From Octopus vulgaris (Eukaryota), in contig OX597840.1 in NCBI GenBank assembly GCA_951406725.2, positions 11,966,001 to 12,030,000 on the forward strand: a DNA stretch of 64,000 nucleotides. The letters run 5' to 3'. The translations under genes and the position numbers were made by a program. The notes below the pieces were generated by a model. The model had not been told where the DNA came from and did no database searches. It saw only the letters and a program-made list of their open reading frames with translations. This document shows, one piece after another, positions 1-14,885 of this stretch; within the stretch, counting starts at the first letter, position 1, and each line of letters begins with the position of its first letter.

Positions 1-3000
1 AATATAATATAATATAATATAATATAATATAACATCACATAATATAATATAATATAATATAATATAATATAATATAATATAATATAATATAATATAATAT
101 AATATAATATAATATAATATAATATAATATAACATCACATAATATAATATAATATAATATAATATAATATAATATAATATAATATAATATAACATCACAT
201 AATATAATATAATATAATATAATATAATATAATATAATATAATATAATATAACATCACATAATATAATATAATATAATATAATATAATATAATATAATAT
301 AATATAATATAATATAATATAATATAATATAATATAATATAATATAATATAACATCACATAATATAATATAATATAATATAATATAATATAATATAATAT
401 AATATAATATAACATCACATAATATAATATAATATAATATAATATAATATAATATAATATAATATAATATAATATAATATAATATAATATAATATAATAT
501 AATATAATATAACATCACATAATATAATATAATATAATATAATATAATATAATATAATATAATATAACATCACATAATATAATATAATATAATATAATAT
601 AATATAATATAATATAATATAATATAATATAATATAATATAATATAATATAATATAATATAATATAATATAATATAATATAATATAATATAATATAATAT
701 AATATAACATCACATAATATAATATAATATAATATAATATAATATAATATAATATAATATAATATAATATAATATAATATAATATAATATAATATAATAT
801 AATATAATATAATATAATATAATATAATATAATATAACATCACATAATATAATATAATATAATATAATATAATATAATATAATATAATATAATATAATAT
901 AATATAATATAATATAATATAATATAATATAATATAACATCACATAATATAATATAATATAATATAATATAATATAATATAATATAATATAACATCACAT
1001 AATATAATATAATATAATATAATATAATATAATATAATATAATATAATATAATATAATATAATATAATATAATATAATATAATATAATATAATATAATAT
1101 AATATAATATAATATAATATAATATAATATAACATCACATAATATAATATAATATAATATAATATAATATAATATAATATAATATAATATAACATCATAA
1201 TATAATATAATATAATATAATATAATATAATATAATATAATATAATATAATATAATATAATATAATATAATATAATATAATATAATATAACATCACATAA
1301 TATAATATAATATAATATAATATAATATAATATAATATAATATAATATAACATCACATAATATAATATAATATAATATAATATAATATAATATAATATAA
1401 TATAATATAACATCACATAATATAATATAATATAATATAATATAATATAATATAATATAATATAATATAATATAATATAATATAATATAATATAATATAA
1501 TATAATATAATATAACATCACATAATATAATATAATATAATATAATATAATATAATATAATATAATATAATATAATATAATATAATATAATATAATATAA
1601 CATCACATAATATAATATAATATAATATAATATAATATAATATAATATAATATAATATAATATAATATAATATAACATAATATAATATAATATAATATAA
1701 TATAATATAATATAATATAATATAATATAATATAATATAATATAATATAATATAATATAACATCACATAATATAATATAATATAATATAATATAATATAA
1801 TATAATATAATATAATATAATATAACATCACATAATATAATATAATATAATATAATATAATATAATATAATATAATATAATATAATATAATATAACATCA
1901 CATAATATAATATAATATAATATAATATAATATAATATAATATAATATAATATAACATCACATAATATAATATAATATAATATAATATAATATAATATAA
2001 TATAATATAATATAATATAATATAATATAATATAATATAATATAATATAATATAATATAATATAACATCACATAATATAATATAATATAATATAATATAA
2101 TATAATATAATATAATATAATATAATATAATATAACATCACATAATATAATATAATATAATATAATATAATATAATATAATATAATATAATATAATATAA
2201 CATCACATAATATAATATAATATAATATAATATAATATAATATAATATAATATAATATAATATAATATAATATAATATAATATAATATAATATAATATAA
2301 TATAATATAATATAACATCACATAATATAATATAATATAATATAATATAATATAATATAATATAATATAATATAATATAATATAATATAATATAATATAA
2401 TATAATATAATATAATATAATATAATATAATATAACATCACATAATATAATATAATATAATATAATATAATATAATATAATATAATATAATATAACATCA
2501 CATAATATAATATAATATAATATAATATAATATAATATAATATAATATAACATCACATAATATAATATAATATAATATAATATAATATAATATAATATAA
2601 TATAATATAATATAACATCACATAATATAATATAATATAATATAATATAATATAATATAATATAATATAATATAATATAACATCACATAATATAATATAA
2701 TATAATATAATATAATATAATATAATATAATATAATATAATATAATATAATATAATATAACATCACATAATATAATATAATATAATATAATATAATATAA
2801 TATAATATAATATAACATCACATAATATAATATAATATAATATAATATAATATAATATAATATAATATAATATAATATAACATCACATAATATAATATAA
2901 TATAATATAATATAATATAATATAATATAATATAATATAATATAACATCACATAATATAATATAATATAATATAATATAATATAATATAATATAATATAA

Positions 3001-5279
3001 TATAATATAACATCACATAATATAATATAATATAATATAATATAATATAATATAATATAATATAATATAATATAACATCACATAATATAATATAATATAA
3101 TATAATATAATATAATATAATATAATATAACATCACATAATATAATATAATATAATATAATATAATATAATATAATATAATATAATATAATATAACATCA
3201 CATAATATAATATAATATAATATAATATAATATAATATAATATAATATAATATAATATAACATCACATAATATAATATAATATAATATAATATAATATAA
3301 TATAATATAATATAACATCACATAATATAATATAATATAATATAATATAATATAATATAATATAATATAATATAACATCACATAATATAATATAATATAA
3401 TATAATATAATATAATATAATATAATATAATATAATATAACATCACATAATATAATATAATATAATATAATATAATATAATATAATATAATATAATATAA
3501 TATAATATAATATAATATAACATCACATAATATAATATAATATAATATAATATAATATAATATAATATAATATAATATAATATAATATAACATCACATAA
3601 TATAATATAATATAATATAATATAATATAATATAATATAATATAATATAATATAATATAATATAATATAATATAATATAATATAATATAATATAATATAA
3701 TATAATATAACATCACATAATATAATATAATATAATATAATATAATATAATATAATATAATATAATATAATATAATATAATATAATATAATATAATATAA
3801 TATAATATAATATAATATAATATAATATAATATAACATCACATAATATAATATAATATAATATAATATAATATAATATAATATAATATAATATAATATAA
3901 CATCACATAATATAATATAATATAATATAATATAATATAATATAATATAATATAATATAATATAATATAATATAATATAATATAATATAATATAATATAA
4001 TATAATATAACATCACATAATATAATATAATATAATATAATATAATATAATATAATATAATATAATATAATATAATATAACATCACATAATATAATATAA
4101 TATAATATAATATAATATAATATAATATAATATAATATAATATAACATCACATAATATAATATAATATAATATAATATAATATAATATAATATAATATAA
4201 TATAATATAATATAATATAATATAATATAATATAATATAACATCACATAATATAATATAATATAATATAATATAATATAATATAATATAATATAATATAA
4301 TATAATATAATATAATATAATATAATATAATATAATATAACATCACATAATATAATATAATATAATATAATATAATATAATATAATATAATATAACATCA
4401 CATAATATAATATAATATAATATAATATAATATAATATAATATAATATAATATAATATAATATAATATAATATAATATAATATAATATAATATAATATAA
4501 TATAATATAATATAATATAATATAATATAATATAACATCACATAATATAATATAATATAATATAATATAATATAATATAATATAATATAATATAACATCA
4601 CATAATATAATATAATATAATATAATATAATATAATATAATATAATATAATATAATATAATATAATATAATATAATATAATATAATATAATATAACATCA
4701 CATAATATAATATAATATAATATAATATAATATAATATAATATAATATAATATAACATCACATAATATAATATAATATAATATAATATAATATAATATAA
4801 TATAATATAATATAACATCACATAATATAATATAATATAATATAATATAATATAATATAATATAATATAATATAATATAATATAATATAATATAATATAA
4901 TATAATATAATATAACATCACATAATATAATATAATATAATATAATATAATATAATATAATATAATATAATATAATATAATATAATATAATATAATATAA
5001 CATCACATAATATAATATAATATAATATAATATAATATAATATAATATAATATAATATAATATAATATAACATCACATAATATAATATAATATAATATAA
5101 TATAATATAATATAATATAATATAATATAATATAATATAATATAATATAATATAATATAATATAACATCACATAATATAATATAATATAATATAATATAA
5201 TATAATATAATATAATATAATATAATATAATATAATATAATATAATATAATATAATATAATATAATATAATGTAATATA
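1..5279. repeat. (AATAT)n pentanucleotide satellite with recurrent AACAT-CACAT variant doublets
   Basis: Continuous AATAT repeats from the window start. An AACATCACAT variant recurs about every 55-160 bp and keeps the 5-bp phase. The YYIIL ORFs are translation artefacts. Confidence 0.98.
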
Positions 5280-5487
5280 AAGTTAATCCAAACAAGAAAG
5301 CACAAAAAAAACACAACAACGCGAGGACGTGGAACAAATAAAGTATTATTGGACGCTCAGGAAAGAAGGAAAGAAGGAGGTTTAACGTTTCGAGCGGAGC
5401 TCTTCGTCGGAAACATAGGAGAAGGAAAGATCCAGAGAAGGGAAGACAGAAGGAAAAAAATGGCCAACGGTACACACGAGGTCATTT
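5280..5487 (-). mobile_element. Penelope-like element terminal (pLTR) fragment carrying a hammerhead motif
   Basis: Non-repetitive segment between two microsatellites containing a minus-strand hammerhead-like core. PLE assignment is inferred from the known PLE-hammerhead association. Confidence 0.55.
5380..5414 (-). ncRNA. Minimal type I hammerhead ribozyme motif (U4C variant)
   Basis: Minus strand reads GTTT-CCGACGA-A-GAGC-TCC-GCTC-GAAA-CG-TT-AAAC: stem I GTTT/AAAC, stem II GAGC/GCTC, palindromic stem III. Confidence 0.6.
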
Positions 5488-5610
5488 CTATGTATGTATG
5501 AATGTATGTATGTATGTATGTATGTATGTATGTATGTATGTATGTATGTATGTATGTGTGCGCGCGCGCGTGTGTGTGTGTGTGTGTATGTGTGTGTGTG
5601 TGTGTGTATG
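5488..5610. repeat. (TATG)n/(CG)n/(TG)n compound microsatellite
   Basis: Seen directly. Confidence 0.95.
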
Positions 5611-6189
5611 GATTTCACTTGGGTATAACGATACTAAAAATATGTTCGAACTCGTTCTACAGATGTCTCAGAATAAGGCATCAGTCGAGTACAAAGGGCA
5701 ATGAGGCTAAAATACACCAACGCCTGTGGTGAAGCAGTGGTGGGGGACAAACACGAAGACCTTCTCTCTTTCTCACAAACATACACCCCCACATACGCAC
5801 ACACATATATATGCGGCGTGGTTCTTTCATTTTCCCGTCTACCAAATCCACTCCCGAGGCATTAATTAGCTCAAGGCTGTAGTAGAAGACACTTGCCCAA
5901 GGTGCAGTGAAAACACTTGCCCAAGGGCAACGCAGTAGGACCGAGCCCGGATCCATGTGGTTGGAAAGCAAATGCCTTATTACACAGCTACACCTATAAT
6001 AATTTTGGGGTCGATAAAATAAAATACCTGCGAAATTCTGGGGTCCACGTAATCTACTTACCCATACCACGACAATTGCTGACCTTGTGGCAAGATCTTG
6101 AAACGAATATTATTAGCGGATATTTGCCTCTGTTACCCCCTTACACTGAACACAAAATCAGCGATTTCGGGGAAAGGATAAATCTATTA

Positions 6190-6508
6190 CTCTTTACTCT
6201 TTTACTTGTTTCAGTCATTTGACTGCGGCCATGCTGGAGCACCGCCTTTAGTCGAGCAAATCGACCGACCCGGGACTTATTCTTTGTAAGCCCAGTACTT
6301 ATTCTATCGGTCTCTTTTGCCGAACCGCTAAGTGACGGGGACGTAAACACACCAGCATCGGTTGTCAAGCAATGCTAGGGGGACAAACACAGACACACAA
6401 ACACACACACACATATATCGGTTCCATTCTAGCAAAAACTGTCTGATGAACGGCAACGAGAAACTCAGAGTAACAGATTTTGTTGAATTTTCTGCTGCTT
6501 AAAATAAA

Positions 6509-6573
<65 letters not shown>

Positions 6574-6742
6574 TATATACGACAGGCTTCTTTCAGTTTC
6601 CGTCTACCAAATCCACTCACAAGGCATTGGTCGGCCCGGGACTATAGCAGAAGACACTTTCCCAAGATGCCACGCAGTGGGACTGAACCCGGAACCATGT
6701 GGTTGGTTAGCAAGCTACTTACCACACAGCCACTCCTGCGCC
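6190..6742 (-). mobile_element. tRNA-derived SINE, family A (with inserted hammerhead-bearing fragment at ~6418-6510)
   Basis: Head GGCGCAGGAGTGGCTGTGTGGT..GGTTCAGTCC (A/B-box-like), internal (TA)n and AAAAGAGT tail. More than 15 copies in the window. Confidence 0.9.
6435..6481 (+). ncRNA. Minimal type I hammerhead ribozyme motif (canonical core, stem II 10.1/11.1 mismatch)
   Basis: CTGT-CTGATGA-ACGGCAACGA-GAAA-CTCAGAG-TA-ACAG. GUA cleavage triplet, stem I CTGT/ACAG. Confidence 0.6.
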
Positions 6743-6980
6743 TAGATGAACCCCATTGTGTAACTGGTACTTATTTCATCGACCCCGAAAGGATAAAAAG
6801 CAAAATCGACCTCGGCGGAATTCGAACTCAGAGTGTAACGCCGCTAAGCATTTTGCTCTGCCAGCTCGCCGTCTTGCTGTAACTCCCATTACATTAATTA
6901 TATTACGTGTGGTTCATATTTGCGGTTGTAAGCCTGTTTATATTAGAGAGTGATGGGCAATATTGGAAGCAGGTACTTAC

Positions 6981-7118
6981 CTGTAACTGCTGGTTCTGAC
7001 CGTCGCACATCCGTGCCATGACCTTGAGTACTAGTTCGATATAACCGTCATTCTTATAATCCAAAGAACTGTCTGGTTGTTCGCCAGTAGACTGATCAGG
7101 CTCCGTCTCTTCATCCGT
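6981..7118 (-). CDS. Single internal exon of an IP3-receptor/ryanodine-receptor-family channel gene (RIH-associated region)
   Basis: 138 bp, phase 0-0, TGCAG acceptor and CAG|GTAAGT donor. Peptide TDEETEPD...GYIELVLKVMARMCDGQNQQLQ resembles the ITPR/RyR motif ILRFLQLLCENHNRDLQ; as I recall, vertebrate ITPRs also have an exon boundary after this LQ. Confidence 0.7.
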
Positions 7119-7124
7119 CTGCAC

Positions 7125-7972
<848 letters not shown>

Positions 7973-8072
7973 NNNNNNNNNNNNNNNNNNNNNNNNNNNN
8001 NNNNNNNNNNNNNNNNNNNNNNNNNNNNNNNNNNNNNNNNNNNNNNNNNNNNNNNNNNNNNNNNNNNNNNNN
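7973..8072. other. Assembly gap (100 N)
   Basis: Run of N between two tandem arrays. A round 100 suggests a scaffold join of unknown size. Confidence 0.99.
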
Positions 8073-9668
8073 CTGATTCCTCTAATGCCCACTTACTTTG
8101 CTCAGCCCCTTTGTGCTATTTCTTTCTTGCACACAACTGATTCCTCTAATGCCCACTTACTTTGCTCAGCCCCTTAGTGCTATTTCTTTCTTGCACACAA
8201 CTGATTCCTCTAATGCCCAGTTATCTTGCTCAGCCCCTTTGTGCTATTTCTTTCTTGCACACAACTGATTCCTCTAATGCCCACTTACTTTGCTCAGCCC
8301 CTTAGCTATTTCTTTCTTGCACACAACTGATTCCTCTAATGCCCACTTACTTTGCTCAGCCCCTTTGTGCTATTTCTTTCTTGCACACAACTGATTCCTC
8401 TAATGCCCACTTACTTTGCTCAGCCCCTTTGTGCTATTTCTTTCTTGCACACAACTGATTCCTCTAATGCCCACTTACTTTGCTCAGCCCCTTTGTGCTA
8501 TTTCTTTCTTGCACATAACTGATTCCTCTAATGCCCACTTACTTTGCTCAGCCCCTTTGTGCTATTTCTTTCTTGCACACAACTGATTCCTCTAATGCCC
8601 ACTTACTTTGCTCAGCCCCTTTTTGCTATTTCTTTCTTGTACATAACTGATTCCTCTAATGCCCACTTACTTTGCTCAGTCCCTTTGTGCTATTTCTTTC
8701 TTGCACACAACTGATTCCTCTAATGCCCACTTACTTTGCTCAGCCCCTTTGTGCTATTTCTTTCTTGCACACAACTGATTCCTCTAATGCCCACTTACTT
8801 TGCTCAGCCCCTTTGTGCTATTTCTTTCTTGCACACAACTGATTCCTCTAATGCCCACTTACTTTGCTCAGCCCCTTTGTGCTATTTCTTTCTTTGCACA
8901 CAACTGATTCCTCTAATGCCCACTTACTTTGCTCAGCCCCTTTGTGCTATTTCTTTCTTGCACACAACTGATTCCTCTAATGCCCACTTACTTTGCTCAG
9001 CCCCTTTGTGCTATTTCTTTCTTGCACACAACTGATTCCTCTAATGCCCACTTACTTTGCTCAGCCCCTTACTGCTATTTCTTTCTTGCACACAACTGAT
9101 TCCTCTAATGCCCACTTACTTTGCTCAGCCCCTTAGTGCTATTTCTTTCTTGCACACAACTGATTCCTCTAATGCCCACTTACTTTGCTTAGCCCCTTTG
9201 TGCTATTTCTTTCTTGCACACAACTGATTCCTCTAATGCCCACTTACTTTGCTCATTCCCTTTGTGCTATTTCTTTCTTGCACACAACTGATTCCTCTAA
9301 TGCCCACTTAATTTGCTCAGTCCCTTTGTGCTATTTCTTTCTTGCACACAACTGATTCCTCTAATGCCCACTTACTTTGCTCAGCCCCTTAGTGCTATTT
9401 CTTTCTTGCACACAACTGATTCCTCTAATGCCCACTTACTTTGATCAGTCCCTTTGTACTATTTCTTTCTTGCACACAACTGATTCCTCTAATGCCCACT
9501 TACTTTGCTCAGCCCCTTTGTGCTATTTCTTTCTTGCACACAACTGATTCCTCTAATGCCCACTTAATTTGCTCAGCCCCTTTGTGCTATTTCTTCCTTG
9601 CACACAACTGATTCCTCTAATGCCCACTTACTTTGCTCAGCCCCTTTGTGCTATTTCTTTCTTGCACA
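8073..9668. repeat. 64-bp minisatellite (~25 copies) derived from RTE LINE coding sequence
   Basis: Unit CTGATTCCTCTAATGCCCACTTACTTTGCTCAGCCCCTTTGTGCTATTTCTTTCTTGCACACAA, continuous with the RTE fragment at its right end. Confidence 0.95.
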
Positions 9669-10615
9669 CTCACATTGCACATCCAGCAGACCATGCTCCA
9701 TTCATTTCTTTCTAGTCTTCTCAGGTCCTCTGCATTCAACACCCATATCTCACTACCATGCAGCATTGCCGTTCTAACACAAGTATCACACACTCTGCCG
9801 TTCGCTCTTGGAGAAAAGACCTTTATTGTTAGCAGTGGTAGTAGCTCATTGAACTTTTTCCAACCTGTTCTTACTCTGGCTACTATACTGTCCGAGTGAC
9901 CATCTCCCTTATTAATTACATCTCCTAGGTAACAAAAGTTGGTTGATTTACAAGTGATTCCACTATATATCTTGTGTGTCCATAACTTATACTCTCTCTC
10001 TCTCTCTTTTACTCTTTTACTTGTTTCAGTCATTTGACTGCAGCCATGCCTTTAGTCGAGCAAATCGACTCCGGGACTTATTCTTTGTAAGCCCAGTACT
10101 TATCCTATCGGTCTCTTTTGCCGAACCGCTATGTTACGGGGACATAAACACACCAGCATCAGTTGTCAAGCAATGCTAGGGGGACAAACACAGACACACA
10201 AACACACACACATACATATATATATATACATATATACGACGGGCTTCTTTCAGTTTCCGTCTACCAAATCCACTCACAAGGCTTTGGTCAGCCCGAGGCT
10301 ATAGTAGAAGACACTTGCACAAGGTGCCACGCAGTGGGACTGAACCCAGAACCATGTGGTTGGTAAACAAGCTACTTACCACACAGCCACTCCAGAGCAC
10401 AGTATACAGAGTTTATACCTACTTCTGTTCCATATACTGACCAAGGTTATTTCCATGAAGATATCAGAGACCTGTCTTCTTTCTTACATAGTATAACCCT
10501 TTGTTTTTGCCATTTAAGGCCTCACAATTCCATGTTTAGCTTCCTTGCCTGGAATTTCTACACTAATTCCTTAATGGATGTGAGAACTAGATCATCATCA
10601 TATAGAAGTTCCCAC
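9617..10615 (-). mobile_element. RTE-clade LINE fragment (RT C-terminal part), interrupted by a SINE
   Basis: FCYLGD..ARVRTGWKKFNELLPLL..MLHGSEIW..LERNE..MVCWMC, plus a degenerate WELLYDDDLV (YADD) motif near 10590-10615. Confidence 0.85.
10000..10393 (-). mobile_element. SINE family A
   Basis: Near identity to the other copies. Confidence 0.9.
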
Positions 10616-10897
10616 GTCATAACTTCCAGAAAAATGGATATTTTTCGAAGAAATGTTCTACAAATTGTTTCAGATGCTGTTATTTCCAATTATATCTGAA
10701 TTTGTTGTGAAAAAAATTTATTCAGGAGGCATGGAAAGAAGAGATTCAGAAAATTCACAGGAGTTGGATTTGTTTCCTCATAACTTTTGGAGAAATAGGT
10801 ATTCTTAAGAGATTTCGACAAATACTTTTCAGAGTATGTAGGTTATGATTATAAGAGAAATAATACACAAATAAAAATTGCTGGGATAGCAGACATA

Positions 10898-11314
10898 TAC
10901 TCTTTACTCTTTTACTCTTTTACTTGTTTCAGTCATTTGACTGCGGCCATGCTGGAGCACCGCCTTTAGTCGAGCAAATTGACCCCGGGACTTATTCTTT
11001 TTAAGCCCAGTACTTATTCTATTGGTCTCTTTTGCCGAACTGCTAAGTGACGGGGGCATAAACACACCAGCATCGGTTGTCAAGCAATGCTAGGGGGACA
11101 AACACAGACACACAAACACACACACATACATATATATATATACATATATACGACTGGCTTCTTTCAGTTTCCATCTACCAAATCCACCCACAAGGCTTTG
11201 GTTGGCGCAAGGCTATAGTAGAAGACACTTGCCCAAGGTGCCATGCAGTGGGTCTGAACCCGGAACCATGTGGTTGGTAAACAAGCTACTTACCACACAG
11301 CCACTCCTGCGCCT
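10898..11314 (-). mobile_element. SINE family A
   Basis: Full-length copy. Confidence 0.9.
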
Positions 11315-11643
11315 ATTCATCACATTTTTTATTTTCAATTTATTATCTCAACAAATTCCAATATAATCTGAATTTACTCCATCTGAAGCTTATTTGTAGA
11401 AAATTTCATTTGAAGCATCCATATTTCTGAAGTTTTGAGGAAAGAAATTCGTTGGGGCACATATTTTTATTTTATTTATTTTATTTTATTTTACCTAGTT
11501 TCAGCTCATGAGCTGTGGCCATGCTGGGGCACCGCCATATGTGTAGGTATGCTTCAGCTCCTTCCAGCCAGTTACTGAATATCGTGTGTATACATTACAG
11601 GAAGTCCATAGTAAATGTATTATTTTAGATATAGTAGTAGATA

Positions 11644-12125
11644 GGTGCAGGAGTGGCTGTGTGGTAAGTAGCTTGCTTATGAACCACATGGTTCCGGGTT
11701 CAGTGCCACTGCGTAGCACCCTGGGCAAGTGTCTTCTACTATAGCCTCAGGCCAACCAAAGCCTTGTCAGTGGATTTGGTAGACGGAAACTGAAAGAAGC
11801 CCATCGTATATATATATGTATGTATATGCATGTATGTATGTATGTATGTATGTATGTATGTATGTATCTATGTATGTATGCATGCATGCATGTGTGCATG
11901 TGTGTGTATATGTTTGTGTGTCTGTGTTTGTACCCCCACCATCGCTTGACAACCGATGCTGGTGTGTTTACATCACCGTAACTTAACGGCTCGGCAAAAG
12001 AGACCGATAGAATAAGTACTAAGCTTACAAAAAATAAGTCCTGGGGTCGATTTGCTCGACTAAAAGCAATGCTCCAGCATGGCCACAGTCACATGACTGA
12101 AACAAGTAGGAGAGTGAAAGAGAGA
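11644..12125 (+). mobile_element. SINE family A
   Basis: Full-length copy. Confidence 0.9.
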
Positions 12126-12324
12126 GTATGCAAAGTATGTGGGAAGAGGAGATTTAGAAAATTCCCCGGTGCCAGTTTTGTTTCCCCATAGGTATTTTTA
12201 AATGAAGGTTTCAACAAATACCATTCAGGGTGTTTACGTTATGATAATGATAAGAACAGAATTTAATAAGCAAATAAAAATTGGCTTCATAGCACACATA
12301 CATAGCACACATTCATAGCACACA

Positions 12325-12732
12325 GGCGCAGGAGTGGCTGTGTGGTAAGTAGCTTGCTAACCAGCCACATGGTTCCGGGTTCAGTCCCACTGCGTGGCAC
12401 CTTGAGCAAGTGTCTTCTACTATAGCCTTGGGCCGACCAATGCCTTCTGAGTGGATTTGGTAGACGGAAACTGAAAGAAGCCTGTCGTATATATGTATAT
12501 ATATATATGTATGTATGTATGTGTGTGTGTGTTTGTGTGTCTGTTTGTCTCCCTAGCATTGCTTGACAACCGATACTGGTGTGTTTACATCCCCGTCACT
12601 TAGCGGTTCGGCAAAAGAGACCGATAGAATAAGTACTAGGCTTACAAAGAATAAGTCCCGGGGTCGATTTGCTCGACTAAAGGCGGTGCTCCAGCATGGC
12701 TGCAGTCAAATGACTGAAACAAGTAAAAGAGT
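12325..12732 (+). mobile_element. SINE family A
   Basis: Full-length copy. Confidence 0.9.
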
Positions 12733-12984
12733 AATACATACTGACACTTATCACATCTTTTCCATTTTTTTTTTCCGAAAAATTTATAATCACAACAAAT
12801 TCCAATATAATCCAAATCTACACCATCTGAAGGGAGTTTTTAGAAAATTTCACTTAAAAATGTTTGTGTTTCTGAAATTTATGAGGAAAGAAATTCGTTG
12901 GGGCACATATGTGTAGGTATACTTCATTTAACTCCAGCAGGTTACTTTATATCTGGGAAGCTACTTATATAAGATCTAGTTACT

Positions 12985-13395
12985 AGCGGTAAGGGTGTTG
13001 CACTCACCACCGCAAGATTGTAGTTTCAATTCCTGGGCTGGGTGTTGCATTGTGTTCTTGAGTGAAACATTTAAGTGAAAGCACATAGCTCAGTGGTTAG
13101 AATACTGAGCTTTCAGTCATGAAGTTGTGAGTTCAATTCCTGGACTGGAGAGTGAGTTGTGTTCTTGAGCAAGACACTTTATTTCATGTTGCTCCAGTTC
13201 ACTCAGCTATAGAAATGAGTTGTGACATCACTGGTGCCAAGCTGTATCAGCCCCTTTGCCTTTCCCTTGGATAACATTGGTGGCATCGAGAGGTAAGACT
13301 GATTTGCATGGGTGACTACTGGTCTTCCACAAACAACCTCAGAGGGGAACTTTCTAGGTGCAGTCCCATGATCATTCATGACTAAAGGGGGGGTC
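12985..13395 (+). mobile_element. tRNA-derived SINE family D (duplicated head)
   Basis: GCTCAGTGGTTAG..GAGTTCAATTCC..TTGAGCAAGACAC. Similar to 19213-19535 and 53074-53405. Confidence 0.75.
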
Positions 13396-13466
13396 TTGAC
13401 CTTTTTACTTTTAGCTACTGTGTACAGGTCTTGCATGCATAAAGCAGCAGGGGTATACATACATAA

Positions 13467-14583
13467 ATGTGCCCCACCTAATTTTTTTCATCATAACTTC
13501 CACAAAAATAAATAACTTTTATGAAATTTCCTACAAATATGCTTCAGATGATATAATTCTGGTTATACCTGAATTTGTTTTGTAAAATATGTACTTCGGT
13601 GGGAGTGTGTGGGGAGAGGAGGTTCAGAATATTCACAAGGCAGTGAGCTGGCAGAATCGTTAGCACGCCGGGTGAAATGCTCAGTGGTATTTCGTCTGCC
13701 GTTACGCTCTGAGTTCAAGTTCCGCCGAGGTCGACTTTGCCTTTCATCCTTTCGGGGTCGATTAAATAAGTACCAGTTACGCACTGGGGTCGATATAATC
13801 GACTTAATCCGTTTGTCTGTCCTTGTTTGTCCTCTCAGTGGTATTTTGGCGGCGAGCTGGCAGAAACGTTAGCGCACCAGGCGAAATGCGTAGCTGTATT
13901 TCGTCTGCCGTTATGCTCTGAGTTCAAGTTCCGCCGAGGTCGACTTTGCCTTTCATCCTTTCGGGGTCGATTAAATAAGTACCAGTTACGCACTGGGGTC
14001 GATATAATCGACTTAATCCCTTTGTCTGTCCTTGTTTGTCCCCTCTGTGTTTAGCCCCTTGTGGGCAGTAAAGAAATAGGTATTTTGTCTGCCGTTAGGT
14101 TCTGAGTTCAAATTCCGCCAGGGTCAACTTTGCCTTTCATCCTTTCAGGGTCGATAAATTAAGCACCAGTTACGCACTGAGGTCGATGTAATCAACTTAA
14201 TCCCTTCGTCCTTGTTTGTCCCCTCTATGTTGAGCCCCTTGTGGGCAATAAAGAAATAAGAATATTCACATTGGTTAACTTTATTTCCTCATAACTTTCA
14301 GAGAAATAAGTATTCTTAAATGAAGATTTTCAACAAATACCTATTAGAGTATGTAGATTACAATTACATCAGAATTTAATAGGCAAATAAAAATTGCTGA
14401 GATAGCACACATACATACTGGCACTCATTACAGTTTTTCTTTTCTTTTTCTGAAGAAGTTATAATCACAACAGATTTAAATGTAATCTGAATTTACACCA
14501 TCTGAAGGAAGTTTGTAGAAAATTTCATTAAAATTAACCATGTTGCTGAAAGTTATGAGGAAAGAAATTCGTTGGGGCACATA
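13467..14583. mobile_element. Old non-autonomous DNA element with long TIRs (ATGTGCCCCA...TGGGGCACAT), interrupted by SINE B array
   Basis: About 100-bp imperfect inverted termini. Related fragments at 10615-11640 and 12130-12960. Confidence 0.6.
13639..14260 (+). mobile_element. SINE family B (MetaSINE-like), tandem trimer
   Basis: GGCGAGCTGGCAGAA head and GCCTTTCATCCTTTCGGGGTCGATTAAATAAGTACCAG, which resembles the Meta central domain. Three consecutive bodies. Confidence 0.85.
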
Positions 14584-14885
14584 TGTGTAGGTATGCTTCA
14601 GCTAAATCTGGCTGGTTACTGTATATCATTGCCTATGCATTACAGAAAGTTCATAGTAAACATGCATTATTTTAAATATAGTAGTAAGCATATATGTAGA
14701 GATTGAGAGGCAGAGAGTGTGTAAGGCCACTATATTGTGATCAATATATATAGATCTTCAGAGGGATGTCATTAACAGTTATAAGGTAGAGTGTATTTGT
14801 GAATGATTCAGAGATGATAGATGCTAACCAGATTAGTATTAACATAATGTGGAAAGTATCAAAATTCTATGTAAAACAATTAATA

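Noticed and set aside
1-5279. Telomere or centromere interpretation of the satellite
   Set aside because: It is not TTAGGG, and nothing in the sequence alone supports centromere function.
35-5475. Many YYIIL-repeat ORFs
   Set aside because: Translations of the (ATATT)n satellite with no coding signal.
8073-9668. CRISPR-like appearance of the tandem arrays (also 19.7, 33.2 and 60.5 kb)
   Set aside because: No unique spacers, no cas genes, and a eukaryotic context.
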